Positions 13,846 to 25,698 of a stretch of 64,000 nt of DNA are shown here, in pieces. The notes beneath the pieces are model-generated. The model saw nothing but the letters and a program-made list of their open reading frames with translations, was not told the origin of the DNA and did no database searches. Source of the stretch: Yuukianura sp. NJ FZ-2021 (taxonomy: Eukaryota). Both the position numbers and the translations under genes were made by a program. The DNA lies in the NCBI GenBank assembly GCA_046563655.1, contig CM102289.1, forward strand, positions 1,922,001-1,986,000, read 5' to 3'. Within the stretch, counting starts at the first letter, position 1. Every line of letters starts with the position of its first letter.

Positions 13846-14256
13846 TAGCTTTCCTTTACTTTGGTCGGATGAATTTGGCACATTTTCAATTTGTTCTAAA
13901 AATGAAACACATATAGCCTTTGGCTATATGTATACAAAAAATAAAATTTCCACGTAAAAAAATTGAGTTACAAATCGATATCGAGTTCAAACTTTGAGAA
14001 ATTTATGTTTACCTTCCAAATATGTTTGATAATTAAATTACAAAAATTAGACAACCATACACAAAAAAAAATCGCTCAAGAAGGTCTGTGACAAAATTTT
14101 AGTAGACATGTACTCCGGTTTTCCAAGAATAATTGGAATTCCAATTATTTTTTGAAAACCGTCATGCTTAGGAAAAACTACGCCAACATTGTCTTTTTCG
14201 AAAACTCGGTCAACAAATCCTTGTAACACTCCAGAATTTCTTTGAAGTTAAATAAA

Positions 14257-14638
14257 CCGTTATAAACGCCGTATGTAAGTAGCGAAATGCACACGAATGT
14301 TTACGAGAGTAGCACATTCATACACTTGCAGCGCCACGTCAAAGGTCAAGGTCATCTATGCAAAACTTGTGGGTCTCAATGAGATGAACAACTTTTGTAT
14401 ACGTAATTTTTTCAATTTTCGTACAAAAAGTACTTGACCTTGACCTTCGACTCGGAAGTTATCCACTTATTCCGCTCAATCCGGAAACCATTAAACCACA
14501 CCCAGACCATGTCACTTCACACTTCACCTTGAAGACAGATTGAAAATTTGTCGTGTAGTTCCAAAGGTTGTGTCCAGCATACAGACAGACAGACAAACTC
14601 TGAGAAAAGCATAAAGTAGCTAACTACTTCAGCTAGTT
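14257..14638 (-). mobile_element. HINE/DINE-1-like element upstream of GR copy 7
   Basis: Homologous to 9402-9710 at the equivalent position. Contains (CAGA)n, TGACCTTGACCT and the terminal inverted motif AAGTAG-CTAA-CTACTT. Confidence 0.6.
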
Positions 14639-14709
14639 AATAAATCATTCGATTACTTTCAAAAGAAGCAGCTTCTTTGAACAAGATAAATTAGTACATT
14701 TTTGAAGTG

Positions 14710-16331
14710 ATGGACGCAAGCATATCGGACTGCTTCGTAACATACATTGAATTTTGGTATCGACTTGGGATAAGTCCATGCAAACTCAAAATCAACCCAG
14801 AGACTAACCTTTGGGAAGTCACCAGCAGTCGCATTCACAAGGTACTAATTCACTTCAAGAATCTTCTTGTTGACTCAAATTATAACTTTTTTTTTAGATT
14901 CTCAGCGTCTGTGCTGCTATGATATTAATTCTGAGCGTTTATGCGTGGGTTCGGGACCTGAATTCAAGAGAAAATCCGAATAATAAGTATAGTTCACAAC
15001 AAAACTATTTTGAAAAAGCAATCATGCTTGGACTTATTTTTCAAGCTAGTTGCTTTTTCGCAACTTTTTGGCATAAAGGAACTCAATTTGCATACCTCAT
15101 CAATTACAGTCAAACGTCGGCAGTAAAAGCAACGCTCGGAACAGCACCTACCAAAAATGTGGAAAAGATTTAAACATTCTATTTTGAAATGCTTTTAAAT
15201 TTGTGATGCTCATGTGCTTGACTTTTAAATTGTGATTTTAGGGCAAGAGGAAAATCTTGATTTTAAGTGCCACTGTCATGTTTCTTTATGAGGTACAAGA
15301 AATATTGCGGTTTCTGGAATGGAATTCTTGGAATTTTGCCTCGTCGTTCGTTGGAATGGCATGGTGGGGTCGTAGTTTGATTTTTCTGGAGTATATTACA
15401 TTTGGTACATGGACGGAGTATGCGAATATTATTGGATACATGATTGGTACGCTAATGCAATTGGTCTTCGTTTCATTCAAATCTGCTGGAGTAACGCTCA
15501 TGCTCATCCTGATGCAACAAATGCAACGATTCATTCTGCATTTGCAGAACAAGGCAAGCAGTATGACAGCACAGGATGTAAGTTCAATTCTTCTTTAAAT
15601 TAAATTAAACTTAAGTTAAATTGTTCTTTGGATCAATATTTAAAAATAAATTTATATTTTCATAAATCATTTTAAGTTTCAACAAAGAAAAATCTAAATA
15701 GGGTGTACAAGAACTGAGAAAAATGCGAACAATGGTTGAGTTGCTGAACAAAGCAAGTGGGTTGGCTGTTTGCGGCTGCGTATTTGGTTGCATTCCGGCT
15801 GTTATCAAGTGCATTCCGCAACTAATGCAGCCAATTGGAGTCATAAAGTACATTGACTGTATAAGCTTTGCCATGATTCCAATAGTGTTTTTGATTTGTA
15901 CGGCATGGTTCAAAGCCAAAGTAAGCATAAAGCATAAATTAACATGGTAATTAGTATATTAATCAAATAATTATTAATAAATTATGTCTCATTATTCCTT
16001 TTTACATGCTTTACTTTCACATTTGAAATGAAAAAATATTTAGGCTGAGGCAATTTTCCACAACTGGATTATTGTTCGTAAAAACTTTGTGCTGTTTCAA
16101 GAAAGTGATCTCGTAATGCTGCTGTACGAAATTTCTTCGGAGGACCTTGCAATCAAACCATTTGAGTTCATTTGCCTCGACTCGTCCTTTCTCGGATCAG
16201 TAAAAAAAAATTTATTTTATGCTATTTACAGAAATTTTGAAAAAGAATGCTAAATTGTAATATTTTATTAGGTCTGTGGATTAATCCTAACTTTCTCCGT
16301 GGTTATGGTTCAGTTTGAATCACAAAAGTAG
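14710..16331 (+). CDS. Gustatory receptor, array copy 7
   Basis: First ATG is changed to GTG (14707) but the adjacent ATG at 14710 is in frame. Six exons open; ends TFSVVMVQFESQK*. Confidence 0.83.
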
Positions 16332-17069
16332 TCACTTTAATTCCCGTTGACGTTTTGAGCTTCAAATGGCGTACTGTTTCTGTTAGCAAACCTAGTAATT
16401 AGTAATGTCCTTTATAAAATATTTAGGCGTCGTTCACTTTGCTTAAGTACACCTTTCATAAAAATTCATCGGTATATAAACGAAAGTTGAGCATATTCAC
16501 AATCAATGTATTTTTTTATGCCTTTGTTGTCATTAACTGGATAGCGACAGCGAAAAAAAAAGAGTCACCAGTAAAATTGGCACGTATTTGACCTGGCAAA
16601 AGCTTTATAGGGCTTATTTTTACAAGTCAAAAACATGTAGAAAATTAAAAAGGAGAATTTGTACTTTTTTCAAAGCGCCTGACAAATTTTTCGACTAGAA
16701 GCACATGGTAAATATTGGTTGTCAAAGACAAACAAATTATGCACTTTCTGTTGTTGTACCAAATGGATTTCGGATTCTAAATAAGTTTTCTATTCAGCTT
16801 GACAAAAGCAAGCATAAACTTTTTATAATGTATATTAAAACGTTTTTCAGGAACAAAAATGATTAGCTCAACTTGAAAATTAGACAAGCTTAAATAAAAA
16901 GCATTGTTCAACACCATTTTAACAAAGGTACAGAAGAGTTTTAAAAGAAATTGGAAAATTGATTTTTGAAAATTTGGTCAACTAGCTCCTTTGACGTCAA
17001 CTATCTGATTATGTTCGGCAATAAAAGAAGCAGTTTTTTTTTCCAACAGATGAATTAGTACATTTTTGA

Positions 17070-18637
17070 ATGATGGACGCAAGCATATCGGACTGCTTTG
17101 TAACGTACATTGAATTTTGGTATCGACTTGGGATAAGTACATGCAAACTCAAAATGAACCCAGAGACGAAGGTTTGGGAAGTTACCAGGAGTCGCATTCA
17201 CAAGGTACAAATTATATTCAACACTGTTTTTCTTTTCATGAAATGATGAACTTTTCTTTAGATTCTGAGCATCTTTGCTGCTGTGATATTAGTTCTGAGC
17301 CTTTATTCATGGGTTCGGAATCTGGCTTTAGCAGGAAACCCGCAGAAGTATACTAGGCAACTAAACTATTTTGAGAAAGCAAGCACTTTTGGACTCTTTT
17401 TTGAAGCAAGTTGTTTTGTGGTGACTTTTTGGCAAAGAGGAGCTCAATTTGCAGATCTCATCAACTACAGTCAAACGTCGGCAGTAAAATCAACGCTCGG
17501 AACAGCACCAACCAAAAATGTACGGAAAAAATATTATTCCATTTTATTCATTGTTCCTCTCACATTATTTTTAAAGTGATGTTTCTGTCTATTACTTTCA
17601 AATTGTGATTTTAGGGAAAGCGCAACATTTTGATTATAATTTCCACTCTGACGGCTTTTTATATAGCCATAGAATTCTTGCGCTTTCTGGATGAGAGTGA
17701 CTGGGGATTTGCGTTGTTCTACCGTAAAATGGCATGGTGGGGTCGTAGCTTGATTTATTTGGAATCTATTAAAACTGGTACTTGGGCACCGTATGCTCGT
17801 AGTATTGGATTTTGTTTAGGAATGCTATCAGTGTTGGTCCTGGCTTTATTCAAATCTGCCGGAGAAACTTTCATGTTGATCTTTATGCTCCAACTGCATC
17901 GACTCATTCTACATATCGAAACTAAGGCAAAGAATATGACAGCATATGAAGTAAGCTCAGACACAAAATTAATTTTTTTACATGGCTTTTTTTAGAAAAT
18001 TTTACGAAGAAAATTTTTTAAATTCAATGCAGGGAGTGCAAGAACTGAGAAAATTTCGAACTATTGTTGCATTGCTGAACAGAGCCGCTGGATTGGCTGT
18101 TTGCGGTTGCGTATTTGGTAGCATTCCGAATCTTATCCAGTGTATTCCGAAACTGCTCCAACCAATTGCCAACCACGTCGTAGACTACATTGACACAATA
18201 AGCTTTACCATAATACCAATACTTTTCATGATTTCGACGGCATGGTTCAGTGGCAAAGTAAGTCTAAGTCATAAATACAAGCATAAATTATAAATTTAGT
18301 TGTTATATTGTGTAATTATGTCTTGGTTATGTACTTCAATTTGCATTTCAAACGAAAATGCTTAGGTTAAGGCAATTTTCCACAACTGGATTGTTGTTCG
18401 GAAAAACTTTGTGTTATTTCAAGAAAGTGACCTCGTAATGTTGGTACACGAAATTTGGTCGGAGGAATTGGCAATCAAACCTTGTAGGTTCATTAACCTG
18501 GACTCGGCTTTCCTCGGAACAGTAAGACAAATTACTTTATTGCTTTTTAATTTATTTAATTTGTAATATTTTATTAGGTCTGTGGATTAATCTTAACTTT
18601 CTCCGTGGTGATCATCCAGTTTGAATCACAAAAATAG
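17070..18637 (+). CDS. Gustatory receptor, array copy 8
   Basis: Six-exon paralogue from MMDASISDCF to TFSVVIIQFESQK*; one-codon insertion in exon 4. Confidence 0.85.
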
Positions 18638-19530
18638 TCGCATTACTAAATAATCTAATGTGGAGTTTGTTAACAAAATGAAATCTCTTTTAACGTATTT
18701 TCCAAAATATTTGCGCGCGCTTTTTTTCGTTTAATTTTGTCCAACATGCGCCAGTAATGGACTACCAAAGTTAAGCAAATTTTGTAATTTTAACAAATTT
18801 GGAAGCGGTTGATTTTCTTTTTTTTTCTGCTTGTGTTACACTTGGCTAGCGACAAGCAAAAAATAATGCTTCCATTTCAGCAAAATTGACTCAACAATAA
18901 AATTGGCACGTAAGTGGTAAAACAAAAACATCATCATGACGCTCATTTCTACGTCAAGTCAAAAACAAGTTGAAAACGTCCATGATAAAAAAACAAACTA
19001 AATGTCTTAAAAATGTCTTTTGATAGTGCTTAACAAATTTTCCAATTTAGAGAAGATGGTAATTAGTGGTTGACTACAACAAACAAATTTTCCAGTTGTT
19101 TCTATTTGTCAAACATGTCCAAAATCCAAATTGAATGTCAATTTGAACCGTTTTATATTGTGTATTAGAGCGTTAGTTGAATGTAAAATTTAACAATCCA
19201 TATCTGGTTAATTTGTTTACTCGTTTAAACAGACATACAATTTGAACGTTTCGGAATACTTTTTGCAGGAATGCAATAAGTGTTTTCAAGAACGAAAGTG
19301 TGAATTCATTTTGAAAATTAGACAAGCAGAGAAGATTTTCAAACAAAACTGACTATTAAAATGCTGTATTTGATAGACACACTGGATTTGCAAAAATAAC
19401 TGGAACATTGTTTTTCTTTAAACAAAAGTTTGTAACACGCAAGAACTTCTCAATTCAATAAATTATCCGATTCCCTTCGACATTAAAAGGAACAGTATCT
19501 TTAACGCAGATGAATTAGTACATTTTAGAA

Positions 19531-21226
19531 ATGTTAGACGCAAGCATATCGGACTGTTTCGTAACGTACATTAAATTTTGGTATCGACTTGGAATAAGTC
19601 CATGCAAACTCAGAATCAACCCAGAAACAAAGGTTTGGGAAGTTACCAGCAGTCGAAGTCACAAAGTACAAATTTAAATAGGCAATAATAAGTATTTAAA
19701 ATAATAATTTAAATAAAATTATGAACTTTTTTTTCAGATTCTTAGCGCTTGTGCTGCTGTAATAGTAATCCTGAGTCTTTATTCATGGTTTCGGAACATT
19801 AATTCAACTGAGAATTCAAATAATAAGTTTAGTAATCAGCAATACTATTTTCAAAACGCAACCATTTTTGGAATCTTTTTTGCTGTAATTTGTTTTCTCG
19901 TAACTTTTTGGCAAAGAGGAACTGAATTTGCAGATCTCATCAACTACAGTCAAACGTCTTCAGTAAAAGCAACGCTCGGAACAGCATCAACCAAAAATGT
20001 GAAAAAATTTAAAAGTATTTTTAAAAGTTTATATTTGTAATATACGTGTTTTTGAATTATTATTTCACGGAAAGTGCAAAATTTTGATTTTAGTTTCTAC
20101 TACGACGGCTTTTTATACAGTCACAGAAATCTTGCGCTTTCTGGAACGGAACTCATGGAATTTTTCGTCATACTTCTATGGAATTGCAAGGCGAGGTCGT
20201 AGTTTGATATTTCTGAAGCATGTTAAAATGTGTATGTGGACAGAATATGCGGATCGTGTTGGATTTATGCTTGGGATGCTAGCAGATTTCATCCGAGTTT
20301 TATTCAGATCTGCCGGCGTAACGCTCCTGCTGCTCCTGATGCTCCAAATGCATCGGTTCATTTTGCATCTAGAGAAGAAGGCGAAGAATATGACGGCACA
20401 TGGTGTAAGTTTACACTTTACTTTTTTTGGTAATTAAAGGAAGATTAATATTTGAAAATGACTTTAAATTAATAAATTTTTAAGATCATTGGTCATATAA
20501 GTTTCAACCTTCTAAAAAATATCTAAATTTATCATAGGGAAAACAAGAATTTAAAAAATTTCGAACTATGGTCGAGTTGCTGAACAGAGCGGTTGGATTG
20601 GGTGTTTGCGGCCACGTATTTGGTACCCTTCCTGCTCTTATCAAGTGTATTCCACTAGTGATCCATCCAATTGGAGTCGTAACTCAAATTGACAGTATAA
20701 GCTTTACTCTTATCCCAATACTGTTCTTGATTTGTGCAGCATGGTTCAAAGCCAAAGTAAGCAGAAGTATTAGCATAAATCATTTCAGTTCGAATATTAA
20801 GTAGCGAAAGCATGAGCTACTTTATGTTTCTGTTTTCGTATGTGATAGCGTTCCCCATCACATCCGTATATATAACAATACCGCTACTTCCATATGGCGG
20901 TTAATTCTTGATTATGTGCTGTACTTTTACATTTGAAACGAAAATGTTTAGGCCAAGTCAATTTTCCACAACTGGATTATTGTTCGGAAAAACTTTATGC
21001 TGTTTCAAGAATGTGATCTCGTCATGTTGACGTACGAAATTGCTTCGGAGGACTTTGCCATCAAACCACTTGAGTTCATTAGTCTCGACTCGTCCTTCCT
21101 CGGAACAGTAAGAGAGATTTATTTACGATATTTATAAAACTTTATAAAAAACAAGTATGCTAAGTTTATAATATTCTTTAGGTTTGTGGATTAATCCTAA
21201 CTTTCTCAGTGGTAATCATCCAGTAG
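19531..21226 (+). CDS. Gustatory receptor, array copy 9 (...VVIIQ*; mutated exon-3 acceptor, possible pseudogene)
   Basis: Sister of copy 6 with open exons and the same 15-nt terminal deletion. Intron-2 acceptor is AC (20067-68) instead of AG, with an in-frame AG 6 nt downstream. Confidence 0.65.
20799..20902 (+). mobile_element. HINE-like remnant in intron 4 of GR copy 9
   Basis: AAGTAGCGAAAGCATGAGCTACTTT ... CCGCTACTTCCATATGGCGGTT: 5' subTIR, nearby inverted repeat and 3' subTIR. Confidence 0.55.
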
Positions 21227-22655
21227 TCGCATTGCGTTACTTTGCTGACAAGCTGACCTTCATTTTACGAGTATTGTCTTCAAAAATAAGCCCCTTCTTA
21301 AAATACTTTCTTCTATATTTGGGGCTGCTTATAGTTTCGCTTAGTTTCGTCCATGTTGGCTTCTAAAGAACTTTGAGGTTCATCTAAATTTATAGAAGCT
21401 AGGCTTTTATAGAAGTTTTATATATCTAGGTACATTTATAAAAAAAAAAATACAACAATGTAAAACTTTCATCGTCCTTTCACAACCTTTGCTGTAATTT
21501 TTTTTTCTTAGGGTTCAATTTCTTTATAATTATTAATAGATTCTTTTACCGTGAGAGGTTTTCCATTAATTTTGTTAGCGCTTTTCAAAGATTGGAAAAG
21601 GCTACTAATGGACTACCAATGTTGATCTTTGCAATTTTACAAATTTAGAAAATTGTTTTTTTAAACCTAAATTTTTTCGTTTAGAACAGATGGTAAACAG
21701 TGGTTGACCATGATAAACAAATTTCCACTTGTTAATTTAGGTGTACCAAATCGAATTCGAATTTGAAACGTTTTCTATTGTGTATTAAAGGTGTATTAGG
21801 AATGTACTCCGGGTTTTCAAAAAATTCCAAATTGTTTTTTTGTGAAAAACAAATACTTGGAACAGGGTCACAAGTATTTTGAAGTGTTGCAATGTAACAC
21901 TCTAGAATTTCTTTGAACACAACAAATGATTCGAGTACTTTCGACATTAAGAGAAGCAGTTTCTTGTTAGTAAAAGCTGAATTAGTACATTTTTGAAATG
22001 ATAGACGCAAGCATATCAGACTGCTTTGTAACATACATTGAATTTTGGTATCGACTTGGGATAAGTCCATGCAAACTCAAATACAACCCAGAGACAACGG
22101 TTTGGGAAGTCACCAGCAGTCGTATTCACAAAGTACAATAGGCAATAATAAATATTTAAAATAATATTTTAAATAAAATTGTGAACTTTTTTTTAGATTC
22201 TCAGCGTCTTTACCGCTGTGATATTTAGCCTGAGGGTGAGGAACCTGACTTTAGTTGGAACCCCGAAGAGGTATACTAGGCAACTAAACTATTTTGAAAA
22301 GGCAAGCGTTTGCGGAGTCTTTTTTGAAGCAATTTGCTGTCTCATAACTTTTTGGAAAAGAGGAAGTCAATTTGCTGATCTGATCAACTACAGTCAAACG
22401 TCGGCAGTAAAAGCAACGCTCGGAACAGCACCAACCAAAAATGTGGAAAACAATATAAGCATTCCATTTTGTTCATAGTTTCTGTTACAATGTTTTTAAA
22501 TTTGTGATGTTTCTGTATTTAAGTTGACTTGTGATTTTAGGGAAAGCGCAAAACTTTGCTTTTAATTTCCTGTATGACGACTCTCTATACAGTCGCTGAA
22601 TTCTGGCGCTTTCTGGACAGGAGTTCCTGGGTATTTGTGTCCTTTTACAAAGGAA

Positions 22656-23072
22656 CAAGAATCTTGGCTGGCCTTCGGCCAGCCAATGATTCTTGACTGT
22701 TGCGTACGTACCAGTTTGACGGATTAATTTAAAAAAAAAACGATATCCCAATCGTTAAATTAACAAACACCGAGCGAAAACAAAGGTTGTGTGCAATTAG
22801 TTAAGAATTTACTTTAATTCAACCCTTTTATTTTAGATATTTTAGAATTCAACTATTTTATTTTATTTTATTTTACCTATTTTATTTTAGAATTCAACTA
22901 TTTTAGATAGGTTAGGGACTGTGTTGTTCTGTTTTGTGTTGGTAAACAGCAGAGAGGAATGGGCATGCGTCAGAGAAGGTGCGAGGGAGGGGGAGGGGGA
23001 GGCACACTGCACACAGACACGAAGAGGGGAGGACATCCGGACTGTGTTAGAGATTTCTCCTTATGTAGTAGA
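22656..23072 (-). mobile_element. Non-autonomous Helitron
   Basis: On the - strand it sits between A and T with no TSD, starts TC(TACTAC) and ends CTTG, with a GGCTGGCC-GAA-GGCCAGCC hairpin about 10 nt before the end. Removing it restores ...AAA GGA ATG GCA TGG as in paralogues. Confidence 0.8.
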
Positions 23073-23745
23073 TGGCATGGTGGGGTCGTAGCTTGATATT
23101 TCTGGAGAACGTTAAAACCGGTACATGGGCGGTGTATGCCCGTCATATTGGATTTTGCTTTGGAATGCTATCAGAACTGGTTCATGTTTTATTCAAATCC
23201 GCTGGAAAAACGTTCATGTTGATACTAATTCTCCAACTGTATCGACTCATCCTACATATTGAAACTAAGGCAAAGAATATGACAGCATATGAAGTAAGCT
23301 CATACTCAAACTGGTTTTTTAAAATTTTGTTTAACCTAATTAAATATTAAATGTCAAATAACTCTTAAGCAGAAGGTATAATAAGTCTCAATGCAACAAA
23401 ATTTTAAATTCGTCGTAGGGACTACGAGAACTGAGAAAAGTTCGAACTATGATTGCCTTCCTGAACAGAGCCGGTGGATTGGCTGTTTGCGGCTGCGTAC
23501 TTGGCAGCATTCCGTCTCTTATCCAGTGTATTCCCCAAGTGCTCCAACCAATGGGAGTCATAACGTACATTGACAATATAAGCTTTGCCATAATACCAAT
23601 ACTGTTCATGGTTTGTGCGGCATGGTTCAAGGCTAAAGTAAGCATAAGTCATAAATGTAAATACAAATTAGAAATAGTTCGAATATAAATGAATTATGTC
23701 TAATTATTCTTGATTATGTGATTTATTTCACATGTCTAACGGGAA

Positions 23746-23811
23746 AATAGAGTTGTTAAGGGGAGTTTTCGTTAAAAGAAAAAAACGAAAAATCCCCTTG
23801 ACAACTCTATG
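23746..23811. mobile_element. 66-bp hairpin mini-MITE in intron 4 of GR copy 10
   Basis: Inverted arms ATAGAGTTGTTAAGGGGA ... TCCCCTTGACAACTCTAT; flanks AACGGGAA/AACGAAAA resemble an 8-bp TSD; absent in paralogous introns. Confidence 0.65.
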
Positions 23812-24374
23812 AACGAAAATGTTTAGGCCAAGTCAATTTTCCACAACTGGATTGTTATTCGGAAGAACTTTGTGCTATTTCAAGAAAGTGATCTTGTAAT
23901 GCTGGTATACGAAATTTGGTCGGAGGACATTGCAATCAAACCTTGTAGGTTCATTAGCTTGGATTCGTCGTTCGTCGGAACAGTAAGAGGAATTAGTTTT
24001 ATTCCCTTGTTAACTGTGTTAAATTTGCAATATTTTATTAGGTCAGTGGACTAATTTTGACTTTCTCCGTGGTGATCATTCAGTTTGAATCACAAAAGTA
24101 GTCGTATTACATTTTATGCTTCAACGGACGTTTTGTTGAGAGAATTAAGAGAATTGTTCTAAAAATGAGTCTTTGGCTACATGTATACAAAAATAAAATT
24201 TCCAAGTAAAAAAAAATTGAGCGACAAATCGATATCGAGTTCAAACTTAGAGGAATTTATTTTTACCTTCCGAATATGTTCGATAATTACAGAATTTTGT
24301 CCAATTTTGCCTTTAGATACAATTTAGTTAGAAAGAATTCTACTCGTTACGATTGGCCTTCACACACATTTAAC

Positions 24375-25698
24375 GGTTCCAGGTCATAACCAACAATCCA
24401 AAAATCGACAATCAATAATCGACAATTCCAAAGATTGACAATCCTTTAAGCGACAATCCTAAAATCGACAATTTACAAAATCGACAATTTCAAAAATCGA
24501 CAATTCCAAAATCGACAATTCTAAAATCAACACTGTCAAAAATCGACAATCCTAAAACCGACAATTCCAATATTGACAGAAACCAGAAAACAGTCTAACG
24601 GAAAAATTTTACTATCGCGGTGCTGAATGGGGCGAGTTGGCTCAGTGGTTAAGCCATCAATGCTTTTCCACTGGCCGGCCTGGGTTCGCACCCAGTCAGC
24701 GGGAGAGGAAAAAGAAGTCGAGGCCGTGGGTCCTCCCTGTCCCGAAGCAGGGAGGCAAGTGCTGGACTTCTGCCTTTCCTGCGGCTGCTGTGTGGACACC
24801 CCAAGATAAAGGAGAGTGTCGGGGGCACCGCATCTGCAAGAACTGCCTGCTGTGGTCACAGTACCAAGCTGACCTTGAGTCAGAGGTCTGTGATCATCGC
24901 ATGGAGCAGGTAAGAGCTTCGCAGATGTTGGTGTTTACTGATTACTACTCCTTGAACCAGTCCATTAAGCAAAAAACACTCATTCAATCTGATTTGTTTA
25001 TCGAAATACGGACGACCTCCGTAGGGTGATAACATTCAGATTATCATAATGTGTGTTTGCTCAGAAAGGACAAAAAATAACGCTGTTTCTAAAGGGGTTG
25101 ATGTTGAAATATTCCATATAAGCGAATGCTCAGCGTGAGTCAGTCACCTAAATATAGGTGACTGCTCCCCCCAATAAACATATATATATCGCGGTGCTGA
25201 ACACGAATATGCAATCAGATTTGTGCAGTTTCGCCAAACAACATGGTTATGATTTTTTTAAATTTTGAAATTTTCCTAACCCAGACTTATGTAGACAATA
25301 AACCCTACAGACGTAATCACTATTGTCTGCTTTACCAAACCTATCGCCGCGCCTTCGGCGCGGTACCGCATGCTAAGCTAGCCACACTTCATCAGTACTG
25401 CTAATTGTGTCACTATAGCCAAACTTATAGAATACAACCTTCAACATACCGCGGACGATGGTAAAATTTTTCCGTTAGATTGCTTTCTGGTTTCTATCAA
25501 TATTGAAATTGTCGGTTTTAGGATTGTCGATTTTTGACTTTGTCGATTTTAGAATTGTCGATTTTTGAAATTGTCGATTTTGTAAATTGTCGATTTTAGG
25601 ATTGTCGCTTAAAGGATTGTCGATTTTTGGAATTGTCGATTATTGATTGTCGATTATTGGATTGTCGATTTTTGGATTGTCGGTTATGACCTGCTACG
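24375..25698. mobile_element. Foldback/Mutator-like non-autonomous DNA transposon with ~240-bp modular TIRs
   Basis: Long TIRs (CAGGTCATAACC followed by tandem AAAATCGACAAT modules) at ~24380-24615 and ~25458-25693; TSD CATTTAAC at 24367-74 and 25699-706; the paralogous site near 29725 is empty. Confidence 0.85.
24628..25186 (+). mobile_element. tRNA-derived SINE nested in the foldback element
   Basis: Pol III A box TGGCTCAGTGG and B box GGTTCGCACCC; 3' stem-loop CAGTCACCTA-AATA-TAGGTGACTG; AATAAAC(AT)n tail; 15-bp TSD TATCGCGGTGCTGAA (24613-27, 25187-201). Confidence 0.88.

Larger units (their letters stand above)
21998..24101 (+). pseudogene. Gustatory receptor, array copy 10, exon 3 interrupted by a Helitron
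   Basis: Six-exon paralogue. A 417-bp insertion at 22656-23072 brings an in-frame TGA within about 14 codons, and exon 2 has an in-frame ~4-codon deletion. Remaining exons are open. Confidence 0.7.

Noticed and set aside
24390..24570. CRISPR-like appearance of regular AAAATCGACAAT repeats
   Set aside because: No unique spacers or cas genes, the context is eukaryotic, and the repeats are mirrored at 25510-25690 as transposon TIR modules.
24628..24705. Functional tRNA gene
   Set aside because: A and B boxes are present but I could not fold a full cloverleaf, and it is the head of a TSD-flanked ~560-bp SINE.
24536..25029. GC-rich ORFs 24536-24859, 24627-24809 and 24637-25029
   Set aside because: They lie within the SINE, have no recognisable domain, and are expected by chance in GC-rich sequence.
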